39,496 bases of DNA from positions 1 through 39,496 of the forward strand of contig JBDRNI010000040.1 in NCBI GenBank assembly GCA_043811335.1. The letters run 5' to 3'. The translations under genes were made by a program, and so were the position numbers. The notes beneath the pieces are model-generated. The model saw only the letters and a list, made by a program, of their open reading frames with translations, made no database searches and was not told where the DNA came from. The stretch comes from Candidatus Omnitrophota bacterium. GTDB taxonomy: Bacteria; Omnitrophota; Gorgyraeia; Tantalellales; Tantalellaceae. Below, in pieces: positions 37,682 to 39,496 of this stretch (positions are counted from its first letter, which is position 1; each line of letters begins with the position of its first letter).

Positions 37682-39496
37682 ATGGGAAATATGTTCACAC
37701 GCAGAATAGTATCTATAGCCATGGCCTTATGCCTGGTAACAAACGGCATAGTGACCGCCTACGGCGACATCGTTGTTTCCGTTAGAGACGCTTGTCTCGG
37801 GCCTGAGCTTGTTTTCGGTAAGGCCATCGGGGTGGATCCATATAATCATAAGTTCGCCGCCCTTGCTATGATCGGGCTTCAGGGAGAGCTGCATAAACTT
37901 GACGGAAGAACTCACGCTATTAACGACGTGAGTGATCTGGACGCGATCAGAAAAGTCATCAGCTCCTCCAAGCGTTCTACCTACAAGAGTTGGAACGAAG
38001 CTACGGAAAATGACCCGGCCGAGGTAAAGTGTTATTTTCGGGATATCCAACATGTCGCAGGATCTGTATTTTCAGTGCCGGTTCACGTCAAGAAAAGTGG
38101 TTCAGGCGCGCGGCAGAATTATCTTCTGGCTTTTTCCACGAAAAAGGACGCGAACGGCGGTTTTCCCGCCGCGGTATGCACTGAAGACCAGCTGCGAGAA
38201 GTGCAGGAAGGCGCGCAGGAGTCGGGTGCAATATTTTCTTCCGCAGAAAAAGGCCTATCCGCCGTGGAAAGATACCGTCAACATGAGCGATTTGACAAAA
38301 ACGTTATCGAGTGGGCGCATAAGCAAGATCTTGCGGTGGAGATAGACGCGCAAGAGCATATTGACGCGATTCTGAAGGAAGCTGATATAACCGTTGAAAA
38401 TAAAGATAAACTTACACAAAACAGAAAATTTTATGTGATCTCGTATCGTCCCGGGGATGCGTGCGAAAAACGTATTAAGGGAAATAAGATTACCGCTGTC
38501 GATAAGGACGGCAAGAGCCGTGAAGTTCCGGCGTACGCTCATTCAAGCGCTTACGCTACATATGTTTTTCTGCCGGAAGGGGCATCTGACACGGTACTGC
38601 GCGAACGTCTTGCGCACGAAGTGGGCGTTATGTTTGGCTGTCCGGTTGAATCCTTTGACGGCGATCTCCCCGTTAACGAGATTGATGTACGATACAGCGC
38701 GACGAAGGAACGCGGGATCAATCTGGTGCTTTTGGGGCCGAACGGCGCAGGCAAGGGAACGCTGGCCATCGTTTTGGCAGAGACCTATGGTTTATTACAT
38801 GTCTCCACCGGCGATATGTTGCGGGCGGCCGTTGAGGAAGGCAGCGAGATCGGGTTAGAGGCCCAGAGATATATGGATGCCGGGGAGCTTGTTCCCGATC
38901 CTATCGTTGAGAGTGTCTTGATCGATCGGATAATCAAGCTGGACGCGGCACGAAGCGTGATGTTTGACGGATATCCGCGGACCCGTTCGCAGGCTGAATC
39001 TCTTGATAATGAGTTGAAGAAAAGAGGACGTTCTCTGGACGCTATTCTGTATTTTGAAACAACCGAAGAAGTTATTGTCCAGAGACTCTCCGGACGATTG
39101 GTATGTAGGGAATGTGGTAATATTCATCACATCTCGGGCGCCACGGCACCGAAAGAAGCGGGAATATGTGATAGCTGTGGCGGCAAGCTTTTTCAAAGAG
39201 ATGATGATAAACCGGCGACAGTAAAGAAACGGCTGTCTGTATATAGGGAAAAAATAGCGGGTCTTCTTGAATACTATAGGAAAGAAGGTCTTTTGAGGGG
39301 CGTTAACGGTGATCTTCCTGTCGAGGAACGCTTTGATGCGGTGGCTGCCATTTTTCGGCAGGAAGGTTTGGGAAGATCTTCGGCAAAATCCTTCACGGTC
39401 ATAGATCTGGATGAGAATCTGTTGACGAGAGATTATGCCGCAGGGCGTTCTCATGAACGGGACAAGGGAATGTTTGAGGCGCATTATTCGGAGCTG
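37682..39496 (+). CDS. multidomain protein, 3'-truncated by the window: signal-peptide-like N-terminus, unknown domain, adenylate-kinase domain, start of a further domain
   Basis: My hand translation from ATG 37682 (GGAGGGGG SD 7 nt upstream) found no stop through nt 39496 (605 codons). It is absent from the ORF track only because no stop lies in the window. The N-terminus is MGNMFTRRIVSIAMALCLVTNGIVTAYG. Residues ~346-563 read INLVLLGPNGAGKGT...STGDMLR...DGYPRT...CRECG...CDSCGG...QRDDDKP, an Adk domain. Confidence 0.8.
   Translation, partial: MGNMFTRRIVSIAMALCLVTNGIVTAYGDIVVSVRDACLGPELVFGKAIGVDPYNHKFAALAMIGLQGELHKLDGRTHAINDVSDLDAIRKVISSSKRSTYKSWNEATENDPAEVKCYFRDIQHVAGSVFSVPVHVKKSGSGARQNYLLAFSTKKDANGGFPAAVCTEDQLREVQEGAQESGAIFSSAEKGLSAVERYRQHERFDKNVIEWAHKQDLAVEIDAQEHIDAILKEADITVENKDKLTQNRKFYVISYRPGDACEKRIKGNKITAVDKDGKSREVPAYAHSSAYATYVFLPEGASDTVLRERLAHEVGVMFGCPVESFDGDLPVNEIDVRYSATKERGINLVLLGPNGAGKGTLAIVLAETYGLLHVSTGDMLRAAVEEGSEIGLEAQRYMDAGELVPDPIVESVLIDRIIKLDAARSVMFDGYPRTRSQAESLDNELKKRGRSLDAILYFETTEEVIVQRLSGRLVCRECGNIHHISGATAPKEAGICDSCGGKLFQRDDDKPATVKKRLSVYREKIAGLLEYYRKEGLLRGVNGDLPVEERFDAVAAIFRQEGLGRSSAKSFTVIDLDENLLTRDYAAGRSHERDKGMFEAHYSEL

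Noticed and set aside
38052-39484. Track ORFs 37727..38053(-), 38052..38345(+), 38255..38542(-), 38457..38858(+), 38551..38769(-) and 38855..39484(-)
   Set aside because: All lie in other frames or antisense within the single 605-codon open frame starting at 37682. That frame carries a clear adenylate-kinase domain, and the track omits it only because it has no stop in the window.

Overview
All real genes in this window are on the + strand. It holds an almost complete bacterial translation/transcription super-cluster: tuf(3' end)-rpmG-tRNA-Trp-secE-nusG-rplKAJL-rpoBC-rpsLG-fusA-tuf-rpsJ-rplCDWB-rpsS-rplV-rpsC-rplP-rpmC-rpsQ-rplNXE-rpsN(Zn type)-rpsH-rplFR-rpsE-rplO-secY-adk-map-infA-rpmJ-rpsMKD-rpoA-rplQ. 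A DNA-repair block (mutS-mutL-nth) follows, and then one long ORF that is still open at the right edge. The long minus-strand ORFs in the track are antisense shadows. Three things are not ordinary. (1) The intercistronic spacers, normally a few nt in such clusters, are filled by at least six unrelated families of palindromic or nested-repeat elements (called A-G here). Several are present in 2-3 copies and in both orientations, one is nested inside another, and some supply the last codons, the stop codon or the Shine-Dalgarno of essential genes. (2) nth is bracketed by a perfect 40-bp inverted repeat. (3) The final ORF (37682..>39496) encodes a signal-peptide-like N-terminus, an unrecognisable domain of about 315 aa, a second adenylate kinase that keeps its catalytic residues and is paralogous to the adk in the spc cluster, and the start of a further C-terminal domain. 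No L30 gene (rpmD) is present. No CRISPR array, transposase, integrase or rRNA was seen. Repeat boundaries were set by eye and are good to a few nt. No database search was possible, so taxonomy is not assigned.
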